A stretch of 64,000 bases of DNA from Eledone cirrhosa (taxonomy: Eukaryota), in the NCBI GenBank assembly GCA_964016885.1, contig OZ024741.1, forward strand, positions 405,356,001-405,420,000. The letters are read 5' to 3'. The position numbers were made by a program, and so were the translations under genes. The first letter of the stretch is position 1. Every line of letters begins with the position of its first letter. Shown here piece after piece: positions 39,801 through 55,600 of the stretch. The notes under the pieces are model-generated. The model did not search any database, was not told the origin of the DNA, and saw only the letters and a list, made by a program, of their open reading frames with translations.

Positions 39801-42531
39801 TTTCTTCCATCCCACATCTCACCTATGTAACTCTTTTCTCCTAGTTTCTTCCCTCTCACATCTCACATATGTAACTCTCTTCTTCTAGTTTCTTTCCTCT
39901 CACATCTCACATATGTAACTCTCATCGTCTAGTTTCTTCCCTCTCAAATCTCACCTATGTAACTCTCTTCTCCTAGTTTCTTCCCTCTCACATCTCACAT
40001 ATGTCACTCTCTTCTCCTAGTTTCTTCCCTCTCACATGTCACGTATGTAACTACCTTCTTCTAGTTTCTTCCCTCTCACATCTCACATATGTAATTCTCT
40101 TCTAGTTTCTTCCCTCTCACACCTCACACATGTAACTCTCGTCTTCTAGTTTCTTCCCTCTCACATCTCACCTGTGTAACTCTCTTCTCCTAGTTTCTTC
40201 TCTCCCACATCTCACATATGTAACTCTCCTCTCCTAGTTTCTTTCCTCTCACATCTCACCCATGTAACTCTCTTCTCCTAGTTTCTTTCCTTCTCACATC
40301 TCACATAATTAACTCTAGTTTCTTCCCTCTCACATCTCACATATGTAACTCTCTTCTCCTAGTTTCTTCCCTTTCACATCTCACATATGTAACTCTCTTC
40401 TTCTAGGTTCTTCCCTCTCACATCTCACGTATGTAACTCTCTTCTTCTAGTTTCTTCCCTCTCACATCTCACATATGTAACTCTCTTCTCCTAGTTTGTT
40501 CCCTCTCACATCTCACCTATGTAACTCTCTTCTCCTAGTTTCTTTCCTTCTCACATCTCACATAATTAACTCTCTTCTTCTAGTTTCTTCCCTCTCACAT
40601 CTCACATATGTAACTCTCTTCTCCTAGTTTCTTCCCTCTCACATCTCACATATGTAACTCTCTTCTTCTAGGTTCTTCACTCTCACATCTCACATATGTA
40701 ACTCTCTTCTCCTAGTTTATTCCCTCTCACATCTCACCTGTGTAACTCTCTCCCCCTAGTTTCTTCCCTCTCACATCTCACCTATGTAACTCTCTTCTCC
40801 TAGTTTCTTCACTCTCACATCTCACCTATGTAACTCTCTTCTTCTAGTTTCTTCCCTCTCACATCTCACATATGTTACACTCATCGTCTAGTTTCTTCCC
40901 TCTCACATCTAACCTATGTAACTCTCTTCTCCTAGTTTCTCCCCTCTCACATCTCACATATGTAACTCTCTTCTTCTAGTTTCTTCCCTCTCACATCTCA
41001 CGTATGTAACTCTCTTCTTCTAGTTTCTTCCCTCTCACATCTCACATATGTAACTCTCTTCTCCTAGTTTGTTCCCTCTCACATCTCACATATGTAACTC
41101 TCTTCTCCTAGTTTCTTCCCTCTCACATCTCACCTATGTAACTCTCTTCTTCTAGTTTCTTCCCTCTCACATCTCACATATGTAACTCTCATCGTCTAGT
41201 TTCTTCCCTCTCACATCTCACCTATGTAACTCTCTTGTCCTAGTTTCTTCCCTCTCACATCTCACATATGTAACTCTCTTCTTGTAGTTTCTTCCCTCTC
41301 ACATCTCACGTATGTAACTCTCTTCTTCTAGTTTCTTCCCTCTCACATCTCACATATGTAACTCTCTTCTCCTAGTTTGTTCCCTCTCACATCTCACATA
41401 TGTAACTCTCTCCTCCTAGTTTCTTCCCTCCCACATGTCACATATGTAACTCTACTCTCCTAGTTTCTTCCCTCTCACATCTCACCTATGTAACTCTCTT
41501 CTCCTAGTTTCTTCCCCCTCACATCTCACATATGTAACTCTCTTCTCCTACTTTTCCCCCTCTCACATCTCACATATATAAATCTCTTCTAGTTTCTTCC
41601 ATCTCACATCTCACCTATGTAACTCTCTTCTAGTTTCTTCCATCCCACATCTCACCTATGTAACTCTTTTCTCCTAGTTTCTTCCCTCTCACATCTCACA
41701 TATGTAACTCTCTTCTTCTAGTTTCTTTCCTCTCACATCTCACATATGTAACTCTCATCGTCTAGTTTCTTCCCTCTCAAATCTCACCTATGTAACTCTC
41801 TTTTCCTAGTTTCTTCCCTCTCTCATCTCACATATGTCACTCTCTTCTCCTAGTTTCTTCCCTCTCACATGTCACGTATGTAACTACCTTCTTCTAGTTT
41901 CTTCCCTCTCACATCTCACATATGTAATTCTCTTCTCCTAGTTTCTTCCCTCTCACACCTCACACATGTAACTCTCTTCTTCTAGTTTCTTCCCTCTCAT
42001 ATCTCACCTGTGTAACTCTCTTCTCCTAGTTTCTTCTCTCCCACATCTCACATATGTAACTCTCCTCTCCTAGTTTCTTTCCTCTCACATCTCACCCATG
42101 TAACTCTCTTCTCCTAGTTTCTTTCCTTCTCACATCTCACATAATTAACTCTAGTTTCTTCCCTCTCACATCTCACATATGTAACTCTCTTCTCCTAGTT
42201 TCTTCCCTTTCACATCTCACATATGTAACTCTCTTCTTCTAGGTTCTTCACTCTCACATCTCACATGTGTAACTCTCTTCTCCTAGTTTATTCCTTCTCA
42301 CATCTCACCTGTGTATCTCTCTCCCCCTAGTTTCTTCCCTCTCACATCTCACCTATGTAACTCTCTTCTCCTAGTTTCTCCCCTCTCACATCTCACATAT
42401 GTAACTCTCTTCTTCTAGTTTCTTCCCTCTCACATCTCACGTATGTAACTCTCTTCTTCTAGTTTCTTCCCTCTCACATCTCACATATGTAACTCTCTTC
42501 TCCTAGTTTGTTCCCTCTCACATCTCACCTA

Positions 42532-43622
42532 TGTAACTCTCTTCTTCTAGGTTCTTCCCTCTCACATCTCACATATGTAACTCTCTTCTCCTAGTTTCTT
42601 CCCTCTCACATCTCACCTATGTAACTCTCTTCTTCTAGTTTCTTCCCTCTTGCATCTCACCTATGTAACTCTCTTCTCCTAGTTTCTTCCATCCCACATC
42701 TCACATATGTAACTCTCCTCTCTTAGTTTCTTCCCTCTCACATCTCACCTATGTAACTCTCTTCTCCTAGTTTCTTCCCCCTCACATCTCACATAAGTAA
42801 CTCTCTTCTTCTAGTTTCTTCCCTCTCACATCTCACATATGTAACTCTTTTCTTCTAGTTTCTTCCCTCTCACATCTCACCTATGTAACTCTCTTCTCCT
42901 AGTTTCTTCCCTCCCACATCTCACATATGTAACTCTCCTCCTAGTTTCTTCCCTCTCACATCTCACCTATGGAACTCTCTTCTTCTAGTTTCTGCCCTCT
43001 CACATCTCACATATGTAACTCTCTTCTCCTAGTTTCTTCCCTCTCACATCTCACATATGTAACTCTCTTCTTCTAGGTCCTTCCCTCTCACATCTCACAT
43101 ATGTAACTCTCTTCTCCTAGTTTCTTCCCTCTCACATCTCACCTATGTAACTCTCTTCTTCTAGTTTCTTCCCTCTTGCATCTCACCTATGTAACTCTCT
43201 TCTCCTAGTTTCTTCCATCCCACATCTCACATATGTAACTCTCCTCTCTTAGTTTCTTCCCTCTCACATCTCACCTATGTAACTCTCTTCTCCTAGTTTC
43301 TTCCCCCTCACATCTCACATAAGTAACTCTCTTCTTCTAGTTTCTTCACTCTCACATCTCACATATGTAACTCTTTTCTCCTAGTTTCTTCCCTCTCACA
43401 TCTCACCTATGTAACTCTCTTCTCCTAGTTTCTCTCACATCTCACCTATGTAACTCTCTTCTCCTAGTTTCTTCCCTCCCACATCTCACATATGTAACTC
43501 TCCTCCTAGTTTCTTCCCTCTCACATCTCACCTATGGAACTCTCTTCTTCTAGTTTCTGCCCTCTCACATCTCACATATGTAACTCTCTTCTCCTAGTTT
43601 CTTCCCTCTCACATCTCACATA
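42532..43622. repeat. 526-bp (12-monomer) local tandem duplication
   Basis: CTCTTGCATC occurs at 42651/43177 and CATAAGTAAC at 42795/43321. The second copy carries an extra 39-bp monomer, so the GGAAC spacing is 565. The same doublet is repeated at ~61205-62295. Confidence 0.82.
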
Positions 43623-46600
43623 TGTAACTCTCTTCTCCTAGTTTCTTCCCTCTCTTATCTCACATATGTAACTCTCTTCTTCTAGTTTTTTCCCTCTCAC
43701 ATCTCACATATGTAACTCTCTCCTCCTAGTTCCTTCCCTCTTACATCCCACCTATGTAACTCTCTTCTCCTAGTTTTTTCCCTCTCACATCTCACCTATG
43801 TAACTCTCTTCTTCTAGTTTCTCCCCTCTCGCATCTTACCTATGTAACTCTCTTCTCCTAGTTTCTTCCCTTCCACATGTCACATATGTAACTCTACGCT
43901 CCTAGTTTCTTCCCTCTCACATCTCACCTATGTAACTCTCTTCTCCTAGTTCCTCCCCCTCACATCTCACATATGTAACTCTCTTCTCCTAGTTTTTCCC
44001 CTCTCACATCTCACATATGTAAATCTATTCTCATAGTTTCTTCCCTCCCACATCTCACCTATGTAACTCTCTTCTCTTAGTTTCTTCCATCCCACATCTC
44101 ACCTATGTAACTCTCTTCTCCTAGTTTCTTCCCTCTCACATCTCACATATGTAACTCTCTTCTCCTAGTTTCTTCCCTCCCACATCTCACATATGTAACT
44201 CTCCTCTCCTAGTTTCTTCCCTCTCACATCTCACCTATGTAACTCTCTTCTCCTAGTTTCTTTCCTTCTCACATCTCACATAATTAACTCTCTTCTTCTA
44301 GTTTCTTCCCTCTCACATCTCACATATGTAACTCTCATCGTCTAGTTTCTTCCCTCTCAAATCTCACCTATGTAACTCTCTTCTCCTAGTTTCTTCCCTC
44401 TCACATCTCACCTATGTTACTCTCTTCTCCTAGTTTCTTCCCTCTCACATGTCACGTATGTAACTACGTTCTTCTAGTTTCTTCCCTCTCACATCTCACA
44501 TATGTAATTCTCTTCTTATAGTTTCTTCCCTCTCACACCTCACACATGTAACTCTCTTCTTCTAGTTTCTTCCCTTTCACATCTCACCTGTGTAACTCTC
44601 TTCTCCTAGTTTCTTCCCTCCCACATCTCACATATGTAACTCTCCTCTCCTAGTTTCTTCCCTCTCACATCTCACCTATGTAACTCTCTTCTCCTAGTTT
44701 CTTTCCTTCTCACATCTCACATAATTAACTCTCTTCTTCTAGTTTCTTCCCTCTCACATCTCACATATGTAACTCTATTCTCCTAGTTTCTTCCCTCTCA
44801 CATCTCACATATGTAACTCTCTTCTTCTAGGTTCTTCCCTCTCACATCTCACATATGTAACTCTCTTCTCCTAGTTTATTCCCTCTCACATCTCACCTGT
44901 GTAACTCTCTCCCCCTAGTTTCTTCCCTCTCACATCTCACCTATGTAACTCTCTTCTCCTAGTTTCTTCCCTCTCACATCTCACCTATGTAACACGCTTC
45001 TTCTAGTTTCTTCCCTCTCACATCTCACATATGTAACCCTCATCGTCTAGTTTCTTCCCTCTCACATCTAACCTATGTAACTCTCTTCTCCTAGTTTCTC
45101 CCCTCTCACATCTCACATATGTAACTCTCTTCTTCTAGTTTCTTCCCTCTCACATCTCACGTATGTAACTATCTTCTTCTAGTTTCTTCCCTCTCACATC
45201 TCACATATGTAACTCTCTTCTCCTAGTTTGTTCCCTCTCACATCTCACCTATGTAACTCTCTTCTTCTAGGTTCTTCTCTCTCACATCTCACATATGTAA
45301 CTCTTTTCTCCTAGTTTCTTCCCTCTTACATCTCACCTATGTAACTCTCTTCTCCTAGTTTTTCCCCTCTCACATCTCACCTATGTAACTCTCTTCTTCT
45401 AGTTTCTTCCCTCTCGCATCTCACCTATGTAACTCTCTTCTCCTAGTTTCTTCCCTCCCACATCTCACATATGTAACTCTCCTACTAGTTTCTTCCCTCT
45501 CACATCTCACCTATGTAACTCTCTCCTTCTAGTTTCTGCCCTCTTATATCTCACATATGTAACTCTCTTCTCCTAGTTTCTTCCCTCTCACATCTCACCT
45601 ATGTAACTCTCTTCTTCTAGTTTCTTCCCTCTCACATCTCACATATGTAACCTTCATCGTCTAGTTTCTTCCCTCTCACATCTAACCTATGTAACACTCT
45701 TCTCCTAGTTTCTCCCCTCTCACATCCCACATATGTAACTCTCTTCTTCTAGTTTCTTCCCTCTCACATCTCACGTATGTAACTATCTTCTTCTAGTTTC
45801 TTCCCTCTCACATCTCACATATGTAACTCTCTTCTCCTAGTTTGTTCCCTCTCACATCTCACCTATGTAACTCTCTTCTTCTAGGTTCTTCTCTCTCACA
45901 TCTCACATATGTAACTCTTTTCTCCTAGTTTCTTCCCTCTTACATCTCACCTATGTAACTCTCTTCTCCTAGTTTCTCTCACATCTCACCTATGTAACTC
46001 TCTTCTCCTAGTTTCTTCCCTCCCACATCTCACATATGTAACTCTCCTCCTAGTTTCTTCCCTCTCACATCTCACCTATGGAACTCTCTTCTTCTAGTTT
46101 CTGCCCTCTCACATCTCACATATGTAACTCTCTTCTCCTAGTTTCTTCCCTCTCACATCTCACATATGTAACTCTCTTCTCCTAGTTTCTTCCCTCTCTT
46201 ATCTCACATATGTAACTCTCTTCTTCTAGTTTTTTCCCTCTCACATCTCACATATGTAACTCTCTCCTCCTAGTTCCTTCCCTCTTACATCCCACCTATG
46301 TAACTCTCTTCTCCTAGTTTTTTCCCTCTCACATCTCACCTATGTAACTCTCTTCTTCTAGTTTCTCCCCTCTCGCATCTTACCTATGTAACTCTCTTCT
46401 CCTAGTTTCTTCCCTTCCACATGTCACATATGTAACTCTACGCTCCTAGTTTCTTCCCTCTCACATCTCACCTATGTAACTCTCTTCTCCTAGTTCCTCC
46501 CCCTCACATCTCACATATGTAACTCTCTTCTCCTAGTTTTTCCCCTCTCACATCTCACATATGTAAATCTATTCTCATAGTTTCTTCCCTCTCACATCTC

Positions 46601-49600
46601 ACCTATGTAACTCTCTTCTCTTAGTTTCTTCCATCCCACATCTCACCTATGTAACTCTCTTCTCCTAGTTTCTTCCCTCTCACATCTCACATATGTAACT
46701 CTCTTCTTCTAGTTTCTTCCCTCTCACATCTCACATATGTAACTCTCATCGTCAAGTTTCTTCCCTCTCAAATCTCACCTATGTAACTCTCTTCTCCTAG
46801 TTTCTTCCCTCTCACATCTCACCTATGTTACTCTCTTCTCCTAGTTTCTTCCCTCTCACATGTCACGTATGTAACTACGTTCTTCTAGTTTCTTCCCTCT
46901 CACATCTCACATATGTAATTCTCTTCTTATAGTTTCTTCCCTCTCACACCTCACACATGTAACTCTCTTCTTCTAGTTTCTTCCCTTTCACATCTCACCT
47001 GTGTAACTCTCTTCTCCTAGTTTCTTCCCTCCCACATCTCACATATGTAACTCTCCTCTCCTAGTTTCTTCCCTCTCACATCTCACCTATGTAACTCTCT
47101 TCTCCTAGTTTCTTTCCTTCTCACATCTCACATAATTAACTCTCTTCTTCTAGTTTCTTCCCTCTCACATCTCACATATGTAACTCTATTCTCCTAGTTT
47201 CTTCCCTCTCACATCTCACATATGTAACTCTCTTCTTCTAGGTTCTTCCCTCTCACATCTCACATATGTAACTCTCTTCTCCTAGTTTATTCCCTCTCAC
47301 ATCTCACCTGTGTAACTCTCTCCCCCTAGTTTCTTCCCTCTCACATCTCACCTATGTAACTCTCTTCTCCTAGTTTCTTCCCTCTCACATCTCACCTATG
47401 TAACACTCTTCTTCTAGTTTCTTCCCTCTCACATCTCACATATGTAACCCTCATCCTCTAGTTTCTTCCCTCTCACATCTAACCTATGTAACTCTCTTCT
47501 CCTAGTTTCTCCCCTCTCACATCTCACATATGTAACTCTCTTCTTCTAGTTTCTTCCCTCTCACATCTCACGTATGTAACTATCTTCTTCTAGTTTCTTC
47601 CCTCTCACATCTCACATATGTAACTCTCTTCTCCTAGTTTGTTCCCTCTCACATCTCACCTATGTAACTCTCTTCTTCTAGGTTCTTCTCTCTCACATCT
47701 CACATATGTAACTCTTTTCTCCTAGTTTCTTCCCTCTTACATCTCACCTATGTAACTCTCTTCTCCTAGTTTTTCCCCTCTCACATCTCACCTATGTAAC
47801 TCTCTTCTTCTAGTTTCTTCCCTCTCGCATCTCACCTATGTAACTCTATCTCCTAGTTTCTTCCATCCCACATCTCACATATGTAACTCTCCTCTCCTAG
47901 TTTCTTCCCTCTCACATCTCACCTATTTAACTCTCTTCTCCTAGTTTCTTCCCGCTCACATCTCACATAAGTATCTTTCTTCTTCTAGTTTTTCCCCTCT
48001 CACATCTCACCTATGTAACTCTCTTCTTCTAGTTTCTTCCCTCTCGCATCTCACCTATGTAACTCTCTTCTCCTAGTTTCTTCCCTCCCACATCTCACAT
48101 ATGTAACTCTCCTACTAGTTTCTTCCCTCTCACATCTCACCTATGTAACTCTCTCCTTCTAGTTTCTGCCCTCTTATATCTCACATATGTAACTCTCTTC
48201 TCCTAGTTTCTTCCCTCTCACATCTCACCTATGTAACTCTCTTCTTCTAGTTTCTTCCCTCTCACATCTCACATATGTAACCTTCATCGTCTAGTTTCTT
48301 CCCTCTCACATCTAACCTATGTAACACTCTTCTCCTAGTTTCTCCCCTCTCACATCCCACATATGTAACTCTCTTCTTCTAGTTTCTTCCCTCTCACATC
48401 TCACGTATGTAACTATCTTCTTCTAGTTTCTTCCCTCTCACATCTCACATATGTAACTCTCTTCTCCTAGTTTGTTCCCTCTCACATCTCACCTATGTAA
48501 CTCTCTTCTTCTAGGTTCTTCTCTCTCACATCTCACATATGTAACTCTTTTCTCCTAGTTTCTTCCCTCTTACATCTCACCTATGTAACTCTCTTCTCCT
48601 AGTTTCTCTCACATCTCACCTATGTAACTCTCTTCTCCTAGTTTCTTCCCTCCCACATCTCACATATGTAACTCTCCTCCTAGTTTCTTCCCTCTCACAT
48701 CTCACCTATGGAACTCTCTTCTTCTAGTTTCTGCCCTCTCACATCTCACATATGTAACTCTCTTCTCCTAGTTTCTTCCCTCTCACATCTCACATATGTA
48801 ACTCTCTTCTCCTAGTTTCTTCCCTCTCTTATCTCACATATGTAACTCTCTTCTTCTAGTTTTTTCCCTCTCACATCTCACATATGTAACTCTCTCCTCC
48901 TAGTTCCTTCCCTCTTACATCCCACCTATGTAACTCTCTTCTCCTAGTTTTTTCCCTCTCACATCTCACCTATGTAACTCTCTTCTTCTAGTTTCTCCCC
49001 TCTCGCATCTTACCTATGTAACTCTCTTCTCCTAGTTTCTTCCCTTCCACATGTCACATATGTAACTCTACGCTCCTAGTTTCTTCCCTCTCACATCTCA
49101 CCTATGTAACTCTCTTCTCCTAGTTCCTCCCCCTCACATCTCACATATGTAACTCTCTTCTCCTAGTTTTTCCCCTCTCACATCTCACATATGTAAATCT
49201 ATTCTCATAGTTTCTTCCCTCTCACATCTCACCTATGTAACTCTCTTCTCTTAGTTTCTTCCATCCCACATCTCACCTATGTAACTCTCTTCTCCTAGTT
49301 TCTTCCCTCTCACATCTCACATATGTAACTCTCTTCTTCTAGTTTCTTCCCTCTCACATCTCACATATGTAACTCTCATCGTCAAGTTTCTTCCCTCTCA
49401 AATCTCACCTATGTAACTCTCTTCTCCTAGTTTCTTCCCTCTCACATCTCACCTATGTTACTCTCTTCTCCTAGTTTCTTCCCTCTCACATGTCACGTAT
49501 GTAACTACGTTCTTCTAGTTTCTTCCCTCTCACATCTCACATATGTAATTCTCTTCTTATAGTTTCTTCCCTCTCACACCTCACACATGTAACTCTCTTC

Positions 49601-52600
49601 TTCTAGTTTCTTCCCTTTCACATCTCACCTGTGTAACTCTCTTCTCCTAGTTTCTTCCCTCCCACATCTCACATATGTAACTCTCCTCTCCTAGTTTCTT
49701 CCCTCTCACATCTCACCTATGTAACTCTCTTCTCCTAGTTTCTTTCCTTCTCACATCTCACATAATTAACTCTCTTCTTCTAGTTTCTTCCCTCTCACAT
49801 CTCACATATGTAACTCTCTTCTCCTAGTTTCTTCCCTCTCACATCTCACATATGTAACTCTCTTCTTCTAGGTTCTTCCCTCTCACATCTCACATATGTA
49901 ACTCTCTTCTCCTAGTTTATTCCCTCTCACATCTCACCTGTGTAACTCTCTCCCCCTAGTTTCTTCCCTCTCACATCTCACCTATGTAACTCTCTTCTCC
50001 TTGTTTCTTCCCTCTCACATCTCACCTATGTAACTCTCTTCTTCTAGTTTCTTCCCTCTCACATCTCACATATGTAACCCTCATCGTCTAGTTTCTTCCC
50101 TCTCACATCTAACCTATGTAACTCTCTTCTCCTAGTTTCTCCCCTCTCACATCTCACATATGTAACTCTCTTCTTCTAGTTTCTTCCCTCTCACATCTCA
50201 CGTATGTAACTATCTTCTTCTAGTTTCTTCCCTCTCACATCTCACATATGTAACTCTCTTCTCCTAGTTTGTTCCCTCTCACATCTCACCTATGTAACTC
50301 TCTTCTTCTAGGTTCTTCTCTCTCACATCTCACATATGTAACTCTTTTCTCCTAGTTTCTTCACTCTTACATCTCACCTATGTAACTCTCTTCTCCTAGT
50401 TTTTCCCCTCTCACATCTCACCTATGTAACTCTCTTCTCCTAGTTTCTCTCACATCTCACCTATGTAACTCTCTTCTCCTAGTTTCTTCCCTCCCACATC
50501 TCACATATGTAACTCTCCTCCTAGTTTCTTCCCTCTCACATCTCACCTATGGAACTCTCTTCTTCTAGTTTCTGCCCTCTCACATCTCACATATGTAACT
50601 CTCTTCTCCTAGTTTCTTCCCTCTCACATCTCACATATGTAACTCTCTTCTCCTAGTTTCTTCCCTCTCTTATCTCACATATGTAACTCTCTTCTTCTAG
50701 TTTTTTCCCTCTCACATCTCACATATGTAACTCTCTCCTCCTAGTTCCTTCCCACTTACATCCCACCTATGTAACTCTCTTCTCCTAGTTTTTTCCCTCT
50801 CACATCTCACCTATGTAACTCTCTTCTTCTAGTTTCTCCCCTCTCGCATCTTACCTATGTAACTCTCTTCTCCTAGTTTCTTCCCTTCCACATGTCACAT
50901 ATGTAACTCTACGCTCCTAGTTTCTTCCCTCTCACATCTCACCTATGTAACTCTCTTCTCCTAGTTCCTCCCCCTCACATCTCACATATGTAACTCTCTT
51001 CTCCTAGTTTTTCCCCTCTCACATCTCACATATGTAAATCTATTCTCATAGTTTCTTCCCTCTCACATCTCACCTATGTAACTCTCTTCTCTTAGTTTCT
51101 TCCATCCCACATCTCACCTATGTAACTCTCTTCTCCTAGTTTCTTCCCTCTCACATCTCACATATGTAACTCTCTTCTTCTAGTTTCTTCCCTCTCACAT
51201 CTCACATATGTAACTCTCATCGTCTAGTTTCTTCCCTCTCAAATCTCACCTATGTAACTCTCTTCTCCTAGTTTCTTCCCTCTCACATCTCACCTATGTT
51301 ACTCTCTTCTCCTAGTTTCTTCCCTCTCACATGTCACGTATGTAACTACGTTCTTCTAGTTTCTTCCCTCTCACATCTCACATATGTAATTCTCTTCTTA
51401 TAGTTTCTTCCCTCTCACACCTCACACATGTAACTCTCTTCTTCTAGTTTCTTCCCTTTCACATCTCACCTGTGTAACTCTCTTCTCCTAGTTTCTTCCC
51501 TCCCACATCTCACATATGTAACTCTCCTCTCCTAGTTTCTTCCCTCTCACATCTCACCTATGTAACTCTCTTCTCCTAGTTTCTTTCCTTCTCACATCTC
51601 ACATAATTAACTCTCTTCTTCTAGTTTCATCCCTCTCACATCTCACATATGTAACTCTCTTGTCCTAGTTTCTTCCCTCTCACATCTCACATATGTAACT
51701 CTCTTCTTCTAGGTTCTTCCCTCTCACATCTCACATATGTAACTCTCTTCTCCTAGTTTATTCCCTCTCACATCTCACCTGTGTAACTCTCTCCCCCTAG
51801 TTTCTTCCCTCTCACATCTCACCTATGTAACTCTCTTCTCCTAGTTTCTTCCCTCTCACATCTCACCTATGTAACACTCTTCTTCTAGTTTCTTCCCTCT
51901 CACATCTCACATATGTAACCCTCATCGTCTAGTTTCTTCCCTCTCACATCTAACCTATGTAACTCTCTTCTCCTAGTTTCTCCCCTCTCACATCTCACAT
52001 ATGTAACTCTCTTCTTCTAGTTTCTTCCCTCTCACATCTCACGTATGTAACTATCTTCTTCTAGTTTCTTCCCTCTCACATCTCACATATGTAACTCTCT
52101 TCTCCTAGTTTGTTCCCTCTCACATCTCACCTATGTAACTCTCTTCTTCTAGGTTCTTCTCTCTCATATCTCACATATGTAACTCTTTTCTCCTAGTTTC
52201 TTCCCTCTTACATCTCACCTATGTAACTCTCTTCTCCTAGTTTTTCCCCTCTCACATCTCACCTATGTAACTCTCTTCTTCTAGTTTCTTCCCTCTCGCA
52301 TCTCACCTATGTAACTCTATCTCCTAGTTTCTTCCATCCCACATCTCACATATGTAACTCTCCTCTCCTAGTTTCTTCCCTCTCACATCTCACCTATTTA
52401 ACTCTCTTCTCCTAGTTTCTTCCCGCTCACATCTCACATAAGTATCTCTCTTCTTCTAGTTTTTCCCCTCTCACATCTCACCTATGTAACTCTCTTCTTC
52501 TAGTTTCTTCCCTCTCGCATCTCACCTATGTAACTCTCTTCTCCTAGTTTCTTCCCTCCCACATCTCACATATGTAACTCTCCTCCTAGTTTCTTCCCTC

Positions 52601-55600
52601 TCACATCTCACCTATGTAACTCTCTCCTTCTAGTTTCTGCCCTCTTATATCTCACATATGTAACTCTCTTCTCCTAGTTTCTTCCCTCTCACATCTCACC
52701 TATGTAACTCTCTTCTTCTAGTTTCTTCCCTCTCACATCTCACATATGTAACCTTCATCGTCTAGTTTCTTCCCTCTCACATCTAACCTATGTAACACTC
52801 TTCTCCTAGTTTCTCCCCTCTCACATCTCACATATGTAACTCTCTTCTTCTAGTTTCTTCCCTCTCACATCTCACGTATGTAACTATCTTCTTCTAGTTT
52901 CTTCCCTCTCACATCTCACATATGTAACTCTCTTCTCCTAGTTTGTTCCCTCTCACATCTCACCTATGTAACTCTCTTCTTCTAGGTTCTTCTCTCTCAC
53001 ATCTCACATATGTAACTCTTTTCTCCTAGTTTCTTCCCTCTTACATCTCACCTATGTAACTCTCTTCTCCTAGTTTCTCTCACATCTCACCTATGTAACT
53101 CTCTTCTCCTAGTTTCTTCCCTCCCACATCTCACATATGTAACTCTCCTCCTAGTTTCTTCCCTCTCACATCTCACCTATGGAACTCTCTTCTTCTAGTT
53201 TCTGCCCTCTCACATCTCACATATGTAACTCTCTTCTCCTAGTTTCTTCCCTCTCACATCTCACATATGTAACTCTCTTCTCCTAGTTTCTTCCCTCTCT
53301 TATCTCACATATGTAACTCTCTTCTTCTAGTTTTTTCCCTCTCACATCTCACATATGTAACTCTCTCCTCCTAGTTCCTTCCCTCTTACATCCCACCTAT
53401 GTAACTCTCTTCTCCTAGTTTTTTCCCTCTCACATCTCACCTATGTAACTCTCTTCTTCTAGTTTCTCCCCTCTCGCATCTTACCTATGTAACTCTCTTC
53501 TCCTAGTTTCTTCCCTTCCACATGTCACATATGTAACTCTACGCTCCTAGTTTCTTCCCTCTCACATCTCACCTATGTAACTCTCTTCTCCTAGTTCCTC
53601 CCCCTCACATCTCACATATGTAACTCTCTTCTCCTAGTTTTTCCCCTCTCACATCTCACATATGTAAATCTATTCTCATAGTTTCTTCCCTCTCACATCT
53701 CACCTATGTAACTCTCTTCTCTTAGTTTCTTCCATCCCACATCTCACCTATGTAACTCTCTTCTCCTAGTTTCTTCCCTCTCACATCTCACATATGTAAC
53801 TCTCTTCTTCTAGTTTCTTCCCTCTCACATCTCACATATGTAACTCTCATCGTCAAGTTTCTTCCCTCTCAAATCTCACCTATGTAACTCTCTTCTCCTA
53901 GTTTCTTCCCTCTCACATCTCACCTATGTTACTCTCTTCTCCTAGTTTCTTCCCTCTCACATGTCACGTATGTAACTACGTTCTTCTAGTTTCTTCCCTC
54001 TCACATCTCACATATGTAATTCTCTTCTTATAGTTTCTTCCCTCTCACACCTCACACATGTAACTCTCTTCTTCTAGTTTCTTCCCTTTCACATCTCACC
54101 TGTGTAACTCTCTTCTCCTAGTTTCTTCCCTCCCACATCTCACATATGTAACTCTCCTCTCCTAGTTTCTTCCCTCTCACATCTCACCTATGTAACTCTC
54201 TTCTCCTAGTTTCTTTCCTTCTCACATCTCACATAATTAACTCTCTTCTTCTAGTTTCTTCCCTCTCACATCTCACATATGTAACTCTCTTCTTCTAGGT
54301 TCTTCCCTCTCACATCTTACATATGTAACTCTCTTCTCCTAGTTTATTCCCTCTCACATCTCACCTGTGTAACTCTCTCCCCCTAGTTTCTTCCCTCTCA
54401 CATCTCACCTATGTAACTCTCTTCTCCTTGTTTCTTCCCTCTCACATCTCACCTATGTAACTCTCTTCTTCTAGTTTCTTCCCTCTCACATCTCACATAT
54501 GTAACCCTCATCGTCTAGTTTCTTCCCTCTCACATCTAACCTATGTAACTCTCTTCTCCTAGTTTCTCCCCTCTCACATCTCACATATGTAACTCTCTTC
54601 TTCTAGTTTCTTCCCTCTCACATCTCACGTATGTAACTATCTTCTTCTAGTTTCTTCCCTCTCACATCTCACATATGTAACTCTCTTCTCCTAGTTTGTT
54701 CCCTCTCACATCTCACCTATGTAACTCTCTTCTTCTAGGTTCTTCTCTCTCACATCTCACATATGTAACTCTTTTCTCCTAGTTTCTTCCCTCTTACATC
54801 TCACCTATGTAACTCTCTTCTCCTAGTTTTTCCCCTCTCACATCTCACCTATGTAACTCTCTTCTTCTAGTTTCTTCCCTCTCGCATCTCACCTATGTAA
54901 CTCTCTTCTCCTAGTTTCTTCCATCCCACATCTCACATATGTAACTCTCCTCTCCTAGTTTCTTCCCTCTCACATCTCACCTATTTAACTCTCTTCTCCT
55001 AGTTTCTTCCCGCTCACATCTCACATAAGTATCTCTCTTCTAGTTTTTCCCCTCTCACATCTCACCTATGTAACTCTCTTCTTCTAGTTTCTTCCCTCTC
55101 GCATCTCACCTATGTAACTCTCTTCTCCTAGTTTCTTCCCTCCCACATCTCACATATGTAACTCTCCTCCTAGTTTCTTCCCTCTCACATCTCACCTATG
55201 TAACTCTCTTCTTCTAGTTTCTGCCCTCTTATATCTCACATATGTAACTCTCTTCTCCTAGTTTCTTCCCTCTCACATCTCACCTATGAAACTCTCTTCT
55301 TCTAGTTTCTTCCCTCTCACATCTCACATATGTAACTCTCTTCTCCTAGTTTGTTCCCTCTCACATCTCACCTATGTAACTCTCTTCTTCTATGTTCTTC
55401 TCTCTCACATCTCACATATGTAACTCTTTTCTCCTAGTTTCTTCCCTCTTACATCTCACCTATGTAACTCTCTTCTCCTAGTTTTTCCCCTCTCACATCT
55501 CACCTATGTAACTCTCTTCTTCTAGTTTCTTCCCTCTCGCATCTCACCTATGTAACTCTCTTCTCCTAGTTTCTTCCATCCCACATCTCACATATGTAAC

